Shown here: piece by piece, positions 1 through 12,900 of the stretch
Layout: each line of letters begins with the position of its first letter
Numbering within the stretch: the stretch's first letter is position 1
Assembly: GCA_026025795.1 (NCBI GenBank)
Contig: JAPEUG010000011.1
Coordinates: forward strand, 1-64,000
Source: Thelocarpon superellum
Taxonomy: Eukaryota
Direction of reading: 5' to 3'
Length of the DNA: 64,000 bases
Program-made: the position numbers and the translations under genes
Notes under the pieces: generated by a model
Databases searched by the model: none
The model's input: the letters and a program-made list of their open reading frames with translations, nothing else
What the model was told of the DNA's origin: nothing

Positions 1-532
1 GAGCCTTTACTTGACGAGTTTCGTCCAGGCGGCCTCACCGTCGGACTGCCGCGGTCAGCTCCCGTCACGGCGGCAAGAATGTGCAGGGCCATCTTACCAA
101 TGGCTCCCGTCGGATGATCTTTCCCGTAATGCCCGACATTGGAAGCATATGAACGACTCGCCAATGGCATGTTCAGTGTCTTTGTCTTTCAATCGTGCAC
201 GAGACCATGCGTCCACAGGGCCCCCAAGCGAATGAGTAAGCCCCAAGCTGTGGTTCCCTTGAGCCAGGCCTGCCAGGTCACGTCATAGGAAGCAGACACT
301 CTATGTCCAAAGCACCGTACAAAGACTACTCGGACTTGTTCGCGCATATGCGTTCTATTGGGGCTACGGGATTCGACTTGCCGTTTTGTTGCGGGCAACA
401 TTATGAGCCTGGTGCCCATGGGCAAAGCAAACGAATCGCTCGTGGCGGGGAGGTCATAGGCTCATTCCAGACGAGTGGTTCCTCGCCTTTCACGGGAATT
501 GGGACATTTTCGGTTCCCGCAGACTCTACATT

Positions 533-569
533 GGAATCCTAGTCCTCGTCCATCGAGGACTAGGATTCC
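533..569. repeat. Perfect 16-bp inverted repeat with 5-nt spacer
   Basis: GGAATCCTAGTCCTCG (533-548), TCCAT, then CGAGGACTAGGATTCC (554-569), the exact reverse complement; about 320 bp upstream of the ERG1 ATG. Confidence 0.9.
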
Positions 570-889
570 GGGATAACGTACGAAGAGTCGACCGGATCGA
601 CCGAGTCCCGCATGACCTCCCCCGTCCGCCGACGGATCGCTCTACCGCAGGATCCCCGCGGCTGCCCTGTCCGAACCAAAGAGCAGGAGTGGCCCCAAGA
701 TTAGCGAACGCTGACATCGTAAACAAGATCTCGCGCTTAACCGAGACGAGCAAGCACGGCAAGTCTTCGATCGCCATCACTGACTTCCGCGAGGTCGATC
801 GGTTGGCGCAGATGCTCGTCTCTCGTCCGATCCGCCACGTTCCCTATGCGTCCTTCTCCCTACACCCCTCCGGTACGGCCCAACTCGCC

Positions 890-2470
890 ATGGACATCGC
901 AGAAGAGCGTCGCGTGCGAGACCACGACGCCGATGTCGTCGTCGTCGGTGCCGGCATTCTTGGCTGCGCCATCGCCGTCGCGCTGGGCAAGCAGGGTCGA
1001 AGTGTGCTGCTGCTGGAGAAAAGCCTAAAGGAGCCCGACCGCATCGTCGGCGAGTTATTACAGCCCGGTGGCGTAGCAGCTCTGGACACACTTGGCCTAC
1101 GAGGTGAGCGGAAGACGGTGCGCTGCACGAACCATAGCTGATCAGTCCAGACTGCCTCGAGGACATTGACGCCATCCGGGTCGAGGGGTATGAAGTGATC
1201 TATTACGACCAACGAGTACATATTCCGTACCCTGAGACCGTCAAGGAGACCCTCCGAAAGCGGCCCGAGGGTCGGTCATTCCATCATGGACGATTCATCC
1301 AGCGCTTACGAGCGGCCGCGCGAGCAACACCCAATGTCACGGTGGTGGAGACGACAGCGACGGACCTGGTCAAGAGTGGCTGGACCGGCCAAGTGCTGGG
1401 GGTCAAGTCGACGACGCAGGGCAAGAGCGACTACGTAAGGACCGGAGAAGGCCAGAACTACATCTATCCTGGCCCCTGCTGACTCTGGTCGCAGTATTTT
1501 GGACATCTGACCATCATCGCCGACGGATATGCGTCCAAGTTCCGGAAGGAGTATATCAAACACCAACCAGTGTCCCGGTCAAAGTTCTGGGGCCTGGAGC
1601 TGATAGACGCCGATCTCCCTCGACCGGAACACGGGCACGTCATCCTGGGCGACGGCGCCCCAGTGCTCCTCTACCAGATCGGAACGCACGAGACGCGGGC
1701 TCTGGTCGACGTACCCGAGAACACGCCGTCGGCGTCGATCAAGAACGGCGGAGTCAAGGGCCACCTGCGGAAGACCGTGCTCCCCTCTCTCCCACCGCGA
1801 GTCCAGCCAGCGTTCGAAGCGGCCCTCGACCGCGGCGCGCTCCGATCCATGCCGAACTCCTTCCTCCCGCCCAGCACGAACAAGACGCCCGGCATGGTCC
1901 TGCTCGGCGACGCGATGAACATGCGCCATCCGCTCACGGGCGGTGGCATGACCGTGGCCTTCAACGACGTCGTCCTCCTCTCATCCCTGCTCTCGCCCAC
2001 CGTCGTCCCCAACCTCGCCGACACCCCACGCGTCATCCGGCAGATGTCCATCTTCCACTGGCGACGGAAGAGCCTCACCTCTGTCATCAACATCCTTGCG
2101 CAAGCCCTGTACTCTCTGTTTGCTGCGAATGGTACGCACCTACGCAACCCCACCTCACCACGCCTCACTGACCCATCCGATAGACGCGCAGCTCAAAACG
2201 CTCCAGGAAGGATGTTTTCGCTACTTCCAGCGCGGCGGGTCCTGCATCGACGGCCCCGTCGGCCTACTCGCAGGCATCATCCGGCAGCCCCTCACGCTCT
2301 TCTACCACTTCTTCGCCGTCGCTCTCCTGTCCATCTGGCTGCTGCTCTCCTCTTCCCTCTCCGCCACCCGCCCCTGGCGTCTCCCTGTCGCTCTGTGCGG
2401 CAGCGCCGCGGTCTTTTACAAGGCTTGTCTTGTACTGTTTCCTTTCATCTTCTCTGAGTTGCGCGTTTAG
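890..2470 (+). CDS. ERG1: Squalene epoxidase (squalene monooxygenase), 4 exons
   Basis: FAD-binding DVVVVGAGILG, EPDRIVGELLQPGG, GRSFHHGRFI, LLGDAMNMRHPLTGGGMTVA and a hydrophobic C-terminus. Introns 1104-1150, 1435-1494 and 2132-2183 restore one frame. ATG 890 has gccATGg context; an in-frame ATG at 812 is an alternative start. Confidence 0.96.
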
Positions 2471-2558
2471 TTCAGCTTAGCTCAGCTTAGCTTAGCTTAG
2501 ATTCGTGAACGGGGTCCTTGGGGGAGAGTGAGTGAGTGAGCGAGCGAGCGAGCGAGCG
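2470..2558. repeat. Simple repeats just after the ERG1 stop: (CTTAG)n-like, then (GAGT)n/(GAGC)n
   Basis: gttcagcttagctcagcttagcttagcttag and gagtgagtgagtgagcgagcgagcgagcgagc read directly. Confidence 0.8.
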
Positions 2559-3623
2559 GCTGGGTGGTTGGGATGAATGGTAGACTTGCCATCAGAAGGG
2601 AGAAATGCATATTTGAGAGAGGGGGAATAGAGAGAGCCGGAACAAAAGAACCTCATTCTCATCTTGGATCGAAGAGAGCTTGAACATGGGCGTGCTGGCT
2701 GACATGACTTAACCGCCCTACTTTCCCTGCTTACCCTTTCTGTTGTTCCTGGTCTATCCAACATCATCGACGTGCCGAGTGTTCAAGTACACAGATGGAC
2801 GTCAACGTCCACCCGAATGTTCCATGCGCCTACTTGCCGCACTTGGCCCGTTGGCCACGCTTGGCTCTCACCTGTTACGCTCCGTCAACTGGTCATCTTC
2901 TGTCAAATAATATAGCATAGCATAGCTTGAAACCCCCTCCCCCCCTCCATCCTCCCGTTCACAGCTCCGGCGGCTCCGACGGCTCTCGCCGACCAGATTA
3001 AGATAATGGAAATGTATGAGAAGAATGGCTCGACCATTCCGACGACACAAAAACCACACGCGCGCCCATCGGCCTCGGAAAATGCAACGAACGCAAGTGC
3101 AGTGCAGTGCCAATCTTGTCCTGGTCCTTGTTCCGTGTTCCGTGTTCCTTGTCCTTGTTCCTTGTGCCCTGTTCCGCCGTCGCCGTCCCATGATCAGATC
3201 ACACCACCACTCGATCAATGTACGCCCTATGCCCGTCGGGTCGCCCTGGACTCGCCTCCAATATTAAGACCTCCGGATGATGCCACACTCACACGCGCGC
3301 GCACACACACACACACGCGCGCACACACAAATCAAAGAGCAAAAACAGACAAGAATAACTCCTCACACGATGGAAAGACCCATCTGCCCTCTGAGCCCCA
3401 CCCCAAGCCACATGCGTAGTACACCAAATCACCGTCACGACGAACAAGAGCGGCTCCAGAATGAGAGGGTCCCTGGCAATTGCTACCCCCAGCCATGAAG
3501 AAACGCCGCGTCCGCACGCATGTCCAGAGGAGAGATGACCGTGATGCAAGCACAGACACGACTTGGGTATCAAGGGGAGAGGCCGTGATCAAGTCCACAA
3601 TGCACCGCCGTTCCAGTCATCCC

Positions 3624-5177
3624 TCATCCCCACACCGAAGCCTGCACCCCCAGCGACCCCTTGTTGCCCCACACACCACCTTTGCTGCCCCATCCCAGCC
3701 CAACGCCGTGCTCAGCGCTGCTGGATGGGGGGTTCGTCGAGACCGGGGTCGACTGTTCGTCCGCCGCACCCTCTTCCTTGGGCGCAAAGCCATAGCCAAG
3801 CGGTGAGGGGAGGGGTGTCGTCGATCGTTTGTTGTGCGCCGGGTTGGACGCCTGACCTTGCGTCGTCGTCGCCGGACGCGTTCCAATCGGCGCAACCCCG
3901 GATCCAATCGGCGCCGTGGAGGACTTGGGTGCCTGGCGCGGAGGCGATCCGCCGGGCGAGGATGCCGAAGTGCGACTGGACTGCTGCGCGGCGCTGTCGA
4001 ACAGCGAAAAGTTGGCCGGATTCGATGACGGGGAAGTGCTATTCGCACGCGATCGCTGCTGAGGCTGAACCGGTGACGGGCCAGATGCCGAGGCCGACGC
4101 GGCGGGGGCGGCGTGCTCGGTCGACGTGTTGTTGCTCTCCCCGGTCTGGTTCGGCCCTGGGGCCTGGTTGGCGCCTTGGGTCTGAGCCAGTCCAAAGGGA
4201 TCAAAGGCCAAGGGAGACGGGCCGCGACCGGCGCTCGAAGAGGAGGGCGGAGGGCCCGAAGCTTGGGTCCCGGGCCGGGGCGTCGGACCGTTCTCGCCAA
4301 ATTGTCCGCCGTTCTCCGGAAAGGCGGGGGCGTCGCTTCCGTACAGCGCGCGGTGCTGACGTGCGATTAAGTCGCGACGGTCGCCTTCTTTCATCGTGCT
4401 GGGACTCATGGCGCGGTCCGGATTGCCTTGAGGGGTGCCGTCGGCGAGCACGGCTGGGCAGACGTCAATTGGACGCTCGCGGCAACATCTCGGAGGGAAG
4501 GTGACCTACTTCGGTTATACTGCTGCTCTTGATGATAATTGCGGAGCTCACGCTCACGCTGGGCGGCCATGCGACGCTTGGCTTGCATCATCTGCTCGGC
4601 CTCGTTGGGACGCGGCTGGTAACGTTGGTTTGCATAGTAATTTTGAAGGTTGGAGGCGGAATGAGAACGGATCTGATCATACTCATTGGCCATGGCGTGT
4701 GGGCGAGGGGGCATGGCGCCACCACTTCGCGCATCTGTCGCGCCGGTCAGTCATGTCGATCCGCGGTCGTCACATAGGAAAGGAAGTCTTACCAAATTCC
4801 TGGAAGGCTCGTGGGCCTCCAGGGACACCCGGCATCGAGTCACGACGGCCCGGAGCCCCAAACATCTTGCCACTCTTGACCAGATTGTCGACAGCACGGT
4901 CAACCTCTGTCGAGATGGTGAGCTTTCTCTCTCACGAGCCTGCCGACCAGCCGCAGGACCCAGCCTGCAGCAAAAGAATCTCTACCTTCGAATTGCGCAC
5001 TGAAAGCGGTGGAGTCATCGCGCTGCACGGCGGAGCTGGTCCCTACGAAGACGTAAGCTCCATGCCATGGCAGGTCTCAACGAAGCTGGGCGTACCAGAG
5101 CGTGGGGGAGGGGGCGGTTGCTCCCAGGCTTGGTTCCGGGGCGCATTGGGCCATGACTGATTGTCGTAGTAAGACAT
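3624..5177 (-). CDS. Conserved fungal hypothetical protein, largely disordered and Q/S/P-rich, 5 coding exons
   Basis: Spliced frame MSYYDNQSW...PPPPRSG / TSSAVQRDDSTAFSAQFE / EVDRAVDNLVKSGKMFG / ...MMQAKRRMAAQRERELRNYHQEQQYNR / ...SLGVQASVWG. Canonical introns at about 5043-5095, 4908-4985, 4735-4792 and 4454-4509. The blocks look familiar from Pezizomycotina hypothetical proteins; I know no function. Confidence 0.85.
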
Positions 5178-5211
5178 GATGCGCACCGGGTAGAAGGATC
5201 CCGAGAGAAGC

Positions 5212-5506
5212 CTGAAGGGCGTCAAGGTCCAAGGACTACGGAGAGCAGCCGCACGACGCGGTCGGGCTCGATCGATACCAGCTAGGCCGGGGCAGTCAGC
5301 ATAAAAATATTCTCCTTCGCACAGGCACAGGAGGCGAAGGCCGCAGAGGGCTGCGTTGATAAGCGCACAGTGTGCCCAGCTCATCCGGTGGGGGCACAAG
5401 ACGGACGCGACCGCGTCGAGGTCAAGAGAAAAAACGAGAGGGACAGCGGCGCGGGAGAGAGGGCGAAATGCCGAGCGGTAAGAGACAAGAGGAATGGAGC
5501 ACCTAC
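5212..5506 (-). other. Probable 5'-UTR intron of the 3624-5177 gene
   Basis: Minus-strand donor G|GTAGGT at 5506, branch-like CTTGAC, acceptor TTCAG at 5212, ending 35 nt before the ATG. Confidence 0.45.
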
Positions 5507-8333
5507 CAGGATCGGAGAACCCGCCGGAGCGACTAGGCAAAAGGCGGGGGCGGAAGATAGAGAGGGCGTGAGGACAACCGTGCAGCGGTGAAGTGACAGC
5601 ACAGCAGCGACCGGTCGTCTTCGAGAGAGAGGAGGATGAAGGAGGGCGGAGGTGAGTGTGGGTGCAGGACGTTGGGCAGACGAGAGCGAGGCGGAGGAAC
5701 GGCGATAGCGGCGGCGTACTTGGTGCAGAATGACAGTCGCCTTTCCCGGCGCCCACAGTGCGAATGCCTCGAGCTGATCCCTGTTTGGCCGGTACGGTGG
5801 GTAAGGTTGTCGCCGTGGGAAAGAGGGAGATTTGATCGAACACTAATGGCTCGGTCTCGGGCGAGGCACCAAGCAATTTACGGTTACGTCTAGACGGTTA
5901 GGGTCCGGATGCACCTGCTGGCCCCGAACAGCTCTGGGCCTGTAGCGGTACCATAGGGTTCCGTTGCCCGTCGCAACTACAGCTGCGCCGGACGAAGGCC
6001 CCGCTGTGCAGCTACCGGGTCACGCTGGCTCGAGCCCAAGCGACAGCATTCTTGCGCGTCTCTTCAACCTCGACCACCGCCGCTCGCGGGGTGGAGCAGG
6101 TCCTGGTGTGGTTGCGAAAGTAAGAGGACACTAAGGTAGAGGAAGCGTCGAGAGGACGGTGCAACGCCCAGGCTACCGCGGCGGTCGAAGGGAAGGAGGC
6201 CCTTCTCGCTTGACCTACCGCGCCGGGCCTGGGACGTGGGATCGCACCGGGACCCATTAGCCGTACGGTGCGAGTTCCAGTCGGAGCGAGAGAAGCTCAC
6301 CCGTCGCCCCTCCCCGGCTCAACGAGGCCGAGTCCAGCTTAGGGCCTGACGCCAGTGCACGCCTATTCCGTGGGCAATTTCGGGGCAGCCGCCGTGCTCC
6401 ATTGCTGGCCACGGCCTCGAAACTTTGTCTCCTATGTACCGCGACCTGCCAAGCATCAATGCGCGCCTGTGGGTCACCGAAGCCCTCGACCGCATCAGTC
6501 GCACCGACCAGCAGGGTCGCCGCTGGACGCTCATTAGACCGTTGCAATCCGAAGTCCGAAGCGACTGGACGAGCGACAAGCGACGAGTGGTCGTGGAAAT
6601 CGAATCGAATCGAATCACGGTCGTCGTGACGGAGCGTCGTCGTCGTCAGAGTGAAGGTGGTGCTGGACATGATGAAGTCAACGCTCCGCTACAAGAACTC
6701 ACTAGTCACGACTTTTCTCGGAGGTCATGGATCGCCGACACCGGATGGTGTGGCTCCCATCCACAGTGATAGGATGGTTGCGTGTGCGGAGCACGGTGGT
6801 CGTACAAGTTTCTCACACGAGAACCAGTGGCCGACCGCACTGGTCGCCAAGGGATCGCTTCGCGACCCCGCCAGCGGATGTCAAAGCGGACGGAATCGAC
6901 ATGGCAGCATGCCCGTCCATTGCATGTCCCGTAGATGATCTGTGGGTTCCCGCGCCAGATCGCGGACCAGGATCACCTAACGAAATGTGCGCGCGGGGCC
7001 GTTCGCGCCCGCCCCATCGAAATCTCGCGCGCTTGCCACCCGGTTGAGCACTCTAGCTCCAGCGCCTCGCACGCCTTGTCCGCCTCGCCACAAATGGATC
7101 CGTCAGCCTGACGTGCCATGCCATCGGGAGTCGGATCGAGTGCCGAGTCTACGTCACGAGGATGTCCGAGCCAAGGTGTAAGGTTGGTGAGTATCTTCAT
7201 TGGTTTGGGCTTCGCACCCCGGCGCGGCCCAGCTGGTACGTCAGAATGCCTGAGATGCGGCGACAATGGAGAGGCTCGCCACCTGTGGTCTGCCTGCTGC
7301 ATCGCGCTTCCCCGAGAGGGTCCGGCGGTGAGCAGATCGGCATGTCGCTTTCTGCGCTGCCCGACGGCGCATGCCACCGACCCGGCTGGTGTCATGCTAG
7401 GACGCAACGTGACGACTGCCATGCGTCCCCCACCCAGCCAAAGGTCGCAGTATCCGAGGCCTGCTGCGCGGCCGCGAGACATGCAAAGCATCATAATCCC
7501 CCGGCGCCGCCGCCCGCGTCGAGCTGATTGGTCCGTGTCCGCGTGCGTTCGACGTTGGATTCCGCGTACCAGTAGTCCATGCATAACCGACTTCATGCGG
7601 ACGGCGGAGGTCAGGACGCAAGCGCCCCACCTACTCCACCGTCCGGCGACCTGGTCCGCGTATTGTTCATCAGGCCGTAGCGCTGCACGATTTGTCCCTC
7701 GGTCGTTTTGCGCTGCTTCGGATCCGTGCGCACCGGCTTAGACTGGCTTGCCGACGGCGGCCCAGGTATACCGGCTTGCTTGTTATGAGACGAAGCCAAA
7801 AGCTTCATCCGTCAACCACCTCAAGAAATGTTTCTCTTAGAATAAGTGCAACGATATAATATGCTACTTGGGCTTTCGAGACCCCTATCAGTCTCGTCTA
7901 TCGCGGTATCTACGGGGCTGTCAGGCGTTGTTCAGACCATGTCCTTACCTCAAAATGACCATCAAAACAGCGCTTCTGAAAATAAAAGCGACGACGATAA
8001 TTGACACCTTAGGAATGGATGAACCCAGCGTAATCAAGCGAAGTTTGAAGTAACGAACTATGTGTCGTTACGCGAGTGGGCCTTTGAGGACGCAGTCAAC
8101 CCCCTGATCAGATATGAGGTTAATGGTGCCCTTGCGAGATAGTGGACCAGGTCATCGCGCCTCAGCGGTTGTATCTGGTGCACTCTGAACGAAAGAGGGG
8201 CCGCCAGCACAAGTGTCTCATGCCTATCTGAATTACTTGCTTAAGAACTGGAACGCGTGATCCGTCAGGTCACCATAAGTACAGACCGGATGCAGTCATG
8301 ATGCAGTTGTGGATACTAAGACAGGCCATTGTG

Positions 8334-9153
8334 TCAGGAAACATACACGTCCATCTGTAAAACGCACGGTCGCCTTGCTGAGCAGGTCTCCTCCAGCCCC
8401 TTCACATAGTATAATCCCTTTTCATTTGAGTGGGGAGCGTGTTCGACATCACGGAGCGAACGAGCGTACTCCCGCACATGCAACGCAGTTATAAGATGCA
8501 AGAAGGTGACAGCGACCACGACTAGGCAGATTGCTAGCTGGAAGCTCCACGGACCATCAAAGCACAGCTCGGTGGATCCATCCCTTGTGCGGAGATCAAT
8601 AATGCCTGCGATCTCCGGAACGTCTGTTTCTGGCGCCGAAAACCTCTTCGCCGCGGGCCACCAGTGCTCCCAGCCGCGAAGATGCTGGCACTCATGGGAA
8701 GCGTACCCGCACAAGAGGACGGCAGCCAGCAATCGAGGGATAGAGCAGAGGAGAGCGTCGACGATGAGGTAGTTTGCAAAAATCTTGACGAGAGCGGCCT
8801 GGTCCTGAGCAACATACTCAGCGTTAGCGGTCGGATCGATCTGACCCATGGGCAGACCTACCCGCCATGCCCCCACCAAGCCCAATGCACCCACGACCCC
8901 GCCGAAATGTGAGTAGGTAGACAAGCTCAAGGCGACGTGGTAAGGGTCGAAGGGAAGTTGGTAAAAGTAGATGGATGCAACCGCGTTCGACCCCAGAGCG
9001 AATGTGCTCACCGCAATGGCCAGCATGCTATCAAAGCGGTCAGCGCCGCGTGCGCAACCAGTGGCAACAAGATCCACCCAGGTTCCGCGGTACGAAGGCA
9101 TCAACATACCGAGACCGTGACCGCGTCATCGTCATGCGATGCGGAGACGCCAT
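8334..9153 (-). CDS. Small multi-pass (about 4 TM) membrane protein of unknown function, 3 exons
   Basis: ATG 9153; introns 9028-9109 (GTATGT..GCTGAC..TAG) and 8805-8861 (GTAGGT..GCTAAC..CAG) keep the frame. Hydrophobic segments MLAIAVSTFALG, FGGVVGALGLVGAW, IFANYLIVDALLCSIP, FQLAICLVVVAVTFLHLI, with a Cys-containing loop before the last one. Confidence 0.75.
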
Positions 9154-9753
9154 GCCTTCACCCGTGGCCTCGAGGGAAGGCGGCGGGTGTAATTGCCCGC
9201 ACAATGCTTGATTGAAGGTGATCTACCTCCATCACTTTGTGCAACGTGCCCCGCAGCCCAATTTACCTGGACGACACGAGAGCGAGAGCGAGAGCGAGTG
9301 TTGATGACGGAAGCATCGGAAGCTTAGAAATGGAGGTAAAGTCGCCGGAGATAGGAAAGACCGGCCGCCCAACCACAACTTTGGTTTCGTCGCGTCCATA
9401 CTCCCGGAGGGGGTACGAGTACGAGTACCTGCCCTCTTAGGTCGGAACGGTAACGTATGTAAACTGAGTTGACGCAACTACTGAGCTGGTTCTACTCGCC
9501 AACCGCCCGAGAGCTGTAATTGTGTAGTTGTGGGACTCGACGGGTCGGTCTCGGGAGCTGCCTTGGTTCCTCATAAATACCCGCTCGAGCGAAGAGAGCT
9601 CGTTACGACCGTCGCGACGGCCCCAGATCTATCACCGTATCGGACAAGTCTTCGCCCCGAAAAATCCCAGATGTCCCTGACACCCATCATCCCATCGTGA
9701 TTCGTACAATCCCGCCGAGATATTTCATCGGCGACATGCTATCCCTCCCCTCC

Positions 9754-9990
9754 CTACTCGCCCCCAGCCTCTCCTGCGGCGGCATCACCCTCGCCACCGC
9801 CCTCGCCCGTGTCTGTTGTCTCCGCTGCTGCTTCTCCGGCGGGTGGGGCATCGCCGCCTTTCTCGACGTCGGCCACGTGCCGTTTGATTCGTGGAAAGAT
9901 CATGCGAGGATTGGCGCATAGAAACATGACAGCCACAAGGATAATGGCCGCAACGAGGAGAGGCACGATGATGATCGCGGACGCCGTCAT
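9754..9990 (-). CDS. Putative 78-aa single-pass membrane microprotein
   Basis: ATG start, hydrophobic IIIVPLLVAAIILVAVMFLC, basic flank (RIKR), DVEKG, then an acidic G/A/E tail. No homolog recognised. Confidence 0.5.
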   Translation of the reverse strand: MTASAIIIVPLLVAAIILVAVMFLCANPRMIFPRIKRHVADVEKGGDAPPAGEAAAETTDTGEGGGEGDAAAGEAGGE

Positions 9991-12900
9991 TGGTCGGAAT
10001 TATCGACCCGTTGAAGCTTGGCTTGAACTTGACACTTCGGTTGATGCCGCAGAACTCGTAGTTCTCTCCGTAGATGCTTGACTGCTTCAGCCTCCCAAGA
10101 TCCATGATCTTCCGGGATTGATATATGGCCTCAGTCTATGACATTGATGCGATTGACCTCTACCGCGCCCAACCTTTTGGGCATCAATGAGATTGACGAT
10201 ACACGTCAGACATGAATGCGGTGATGGGTCCGCTTCCACACGTACAAAAAGCAAAGACACCAATGAATGCCATGGTGACCGTTACGCCTCAGTAGATCTG
10301 ATCGCTATTATCCATTCGCTCGAGATGGCGTGCTTCTAGCGCGGGCGCCGACTAAAGAGGAAGTATCCAGCAGCTCTCGTTGCCTCCCAGATGGTACTTG
10401 GAGATGCTGCCGGAAGCTTGGGCCGCTGGCATATGCAGCCGCTCGCAGTGCACCAATGAACCCCACTCTCGGCTCGTGGATCATGATCAGCCCGCCCAGC
10501 AACCCGAGGGCTGGGGCTGTTCCATGTCAGTCAAATTCTCCTACGATAGGGAAGAGGATGGCGGTTGCCGCTTGTTTTGCGCCGTGGTCGGCGTTTGCAG
10601 ATTCCCCACATCCGTGAAGCTCGACATGGCGCTCCACAAGGGCGGACACCAATCAATTGGAGGAGAGGTCTGGCGAAGCGACTCGGCCGCCTGTCTTGGT
10701 ATTGTTAGGGATTGACGTCCCATTGGCCTCGGTAGCGGTCATGCAGACGTCCTCCGCGCCAACTATCCCACGGCTGGCCACGAGAGCTTATTTGCAGCGA
10801 GGTCGGATGGGCCTCGGTCTTCGCGAGGCGTCCAACGACGACGGCCGTGGGTCACATACGCATCGCTAGCCTGCGCATTCATCGAGACTAATTCTTTCAT
10901 GACCTTACCGCCGGACGCATTGAAAGAATGGCTAAAGCGGAGGTCCTCATGGCTTGCGCTGGGGGTGTGCGATCAGGACAGGGTCTATCGTGGGCTGGCA
11001 CCGTCTGGATCGTCGTGTCAACGCTATCCGATATCCATGACTCGCAAGAGCGGACGATTCGGGCGGTGAAACTTGAGAAAAGTGTCATCGTCCGACCTCT
11101 TAACGAGATTGCCCCGACCAGGGTCTGGACAATTTCCGGTCTGCGACTACCATTTGCGACTAATTACCTACCGGTGCTACCAGTACAACTGTCATCGTTG
11201 TTGCCTGAGGAAATGTACCGTAGAATGTCCTAGGAAGTCCCTATCCGTCCACCCGCGACGGCGGTCGAGCCAAGAAGATGCTGGGAATCGCCTCCAGTCG
11301 TTCGAAGACACACATGTTTCGTAAGGGAGGTCGCCTGTGACGGCGAACCCTCACGACGCTGCTCGGCCTGAAACCAAAGATGACGAGTCGTGTGGGGGCG
11401 CGTCAGAAGGGGCGCACCGTCGGAGTCAGCATCGCATTCACGCCTTGCCGCATCTACGATACGCATGAACGTGCCGCACCACATGGACTGCGTTCAGGCG
11501 GAATCTCTTTGCGGCTCCGAGGTGGCGTGCATTCTGCTTGCTGTTGTGCAACCATGCCTGTACCTCGTACGTTACTTCAATCGGCAACACGCGGATGCCC
11601 CGAATGCCCCGAACGCCCCAGCAATAGCTTCACTTGTCCGATGTACGCATGGTGGTCATGACGGTGGTATATGTGCATCTGAATCAGCCGTGGTCAATCT
11701 TCAGCTTGACGCGGGCTCCGCATCAGTCTGACGTGCACGGAAGAATCTGATGCATGCCGGAAACGCATGAGCGTGGTTGTGAAACAGCGCTCCGTTGGGG
11801 CCAGGTCACAACCTTAGAGCACGACTCCTCCGAGCCCAGTGGTCTCGGAGGGAGGGAATTAGATACCATGCGGATGTGATACCATGTGGTGACAGAGGCC
11901 GTCACGCTCTTGCTCGGGCAAAGCCACCGATGGGTAAGAGGCAGGGCTACCCGACGACGCTGGAACTCGTGCTCCTTCCCGCGCCTGCGCACGAGTCTGA
12001 AGCTGCTTGAGGATGGGAGCACCCTGATGCTCCGCTGGTGGAGGCTCGAACCAGCATGAAAGACTGGTGGCATCGGGCTAGCGTGCGGTGCAGCAACGGG
12101 CTCCCCGCCCACGACCAGCGGCCAGTCGTGGTCAGGAGCCAAGCGCCGGGGCCGGCAATCGGCTTAGCCGTTCCTACTGGATGCATACCAACCGCAATCT
12201 AGGTGGCTTAGAAAGATTACTCTCTATTCTTGATCGAAGGCGAGCTCGAAACTCAGCTTGTTGCTTATTCGTCGCTTGTTGCCCGGCTAGAACCACATAC
12301 TACCAGTAGTACTGTGCAGATAGAATGAGGACCGAGACGGATGGTCCGAGTAATCGCCGCCGCAAGTGCGATACCTGACCTCGGATGTCTCCGAAGGAAG
12401 TGTGAAGTACTGCAGACGAGTAATTAGGGCCATGGCACGGAGCATCCGTAGTTCTGCCTGCAAGCCTCTACGCCCCTACGCCTGTAAATTGTAAGGGACT
12501 GGTGAGGGTCGGAGCAAACCTTTGCTAGGATCGCGGCGGAAGTTTGTCTGCTCGGTGTGGGACTACCACTCTTGACCCTTCTGTACGTCGTTCCTCCCAT
12601 CTGCGGGCAGGAGTAGGAGGGCCAGTCGCGGTTGTGGCAGTTGTAGTCCCTCGCGATTTGGTGCACTGCACCTCTGGCGGTCAATACCAATACCACGGCC
12701 GAATCTACGACACGCCTTCCCTTTCACGTTGCCTGGCGCTCTCCCGATTTTCAGACAAGGGCAACAACACCGCACCTCCTAGCCGCCACCACCACCGGAC
12801 GGCACCCGCCAGACGCTAGCTGGAGCTCTTCACGCCGGTTCTCCATGCGATCACTTGGCTGGGCGTGAATGTGATCCATGCTCGGTGCCACCTGCTTCCC

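Noticed and set aside
689..889. GTG-initiated N-terminal extension of ERG1
   Set aside because: A bacterial-style start call; recognisable sequence begins after ATG 890, which has strong context.
5178..5876. 233-codon in-frame upstream extension of the 3624-5177 gene (possible non-AUG start)
   Set aside because: The translation looks like pyrimidine-rich UTR sequence and spans a probable 5'-UTR intron; long open frames are common at this GC content.
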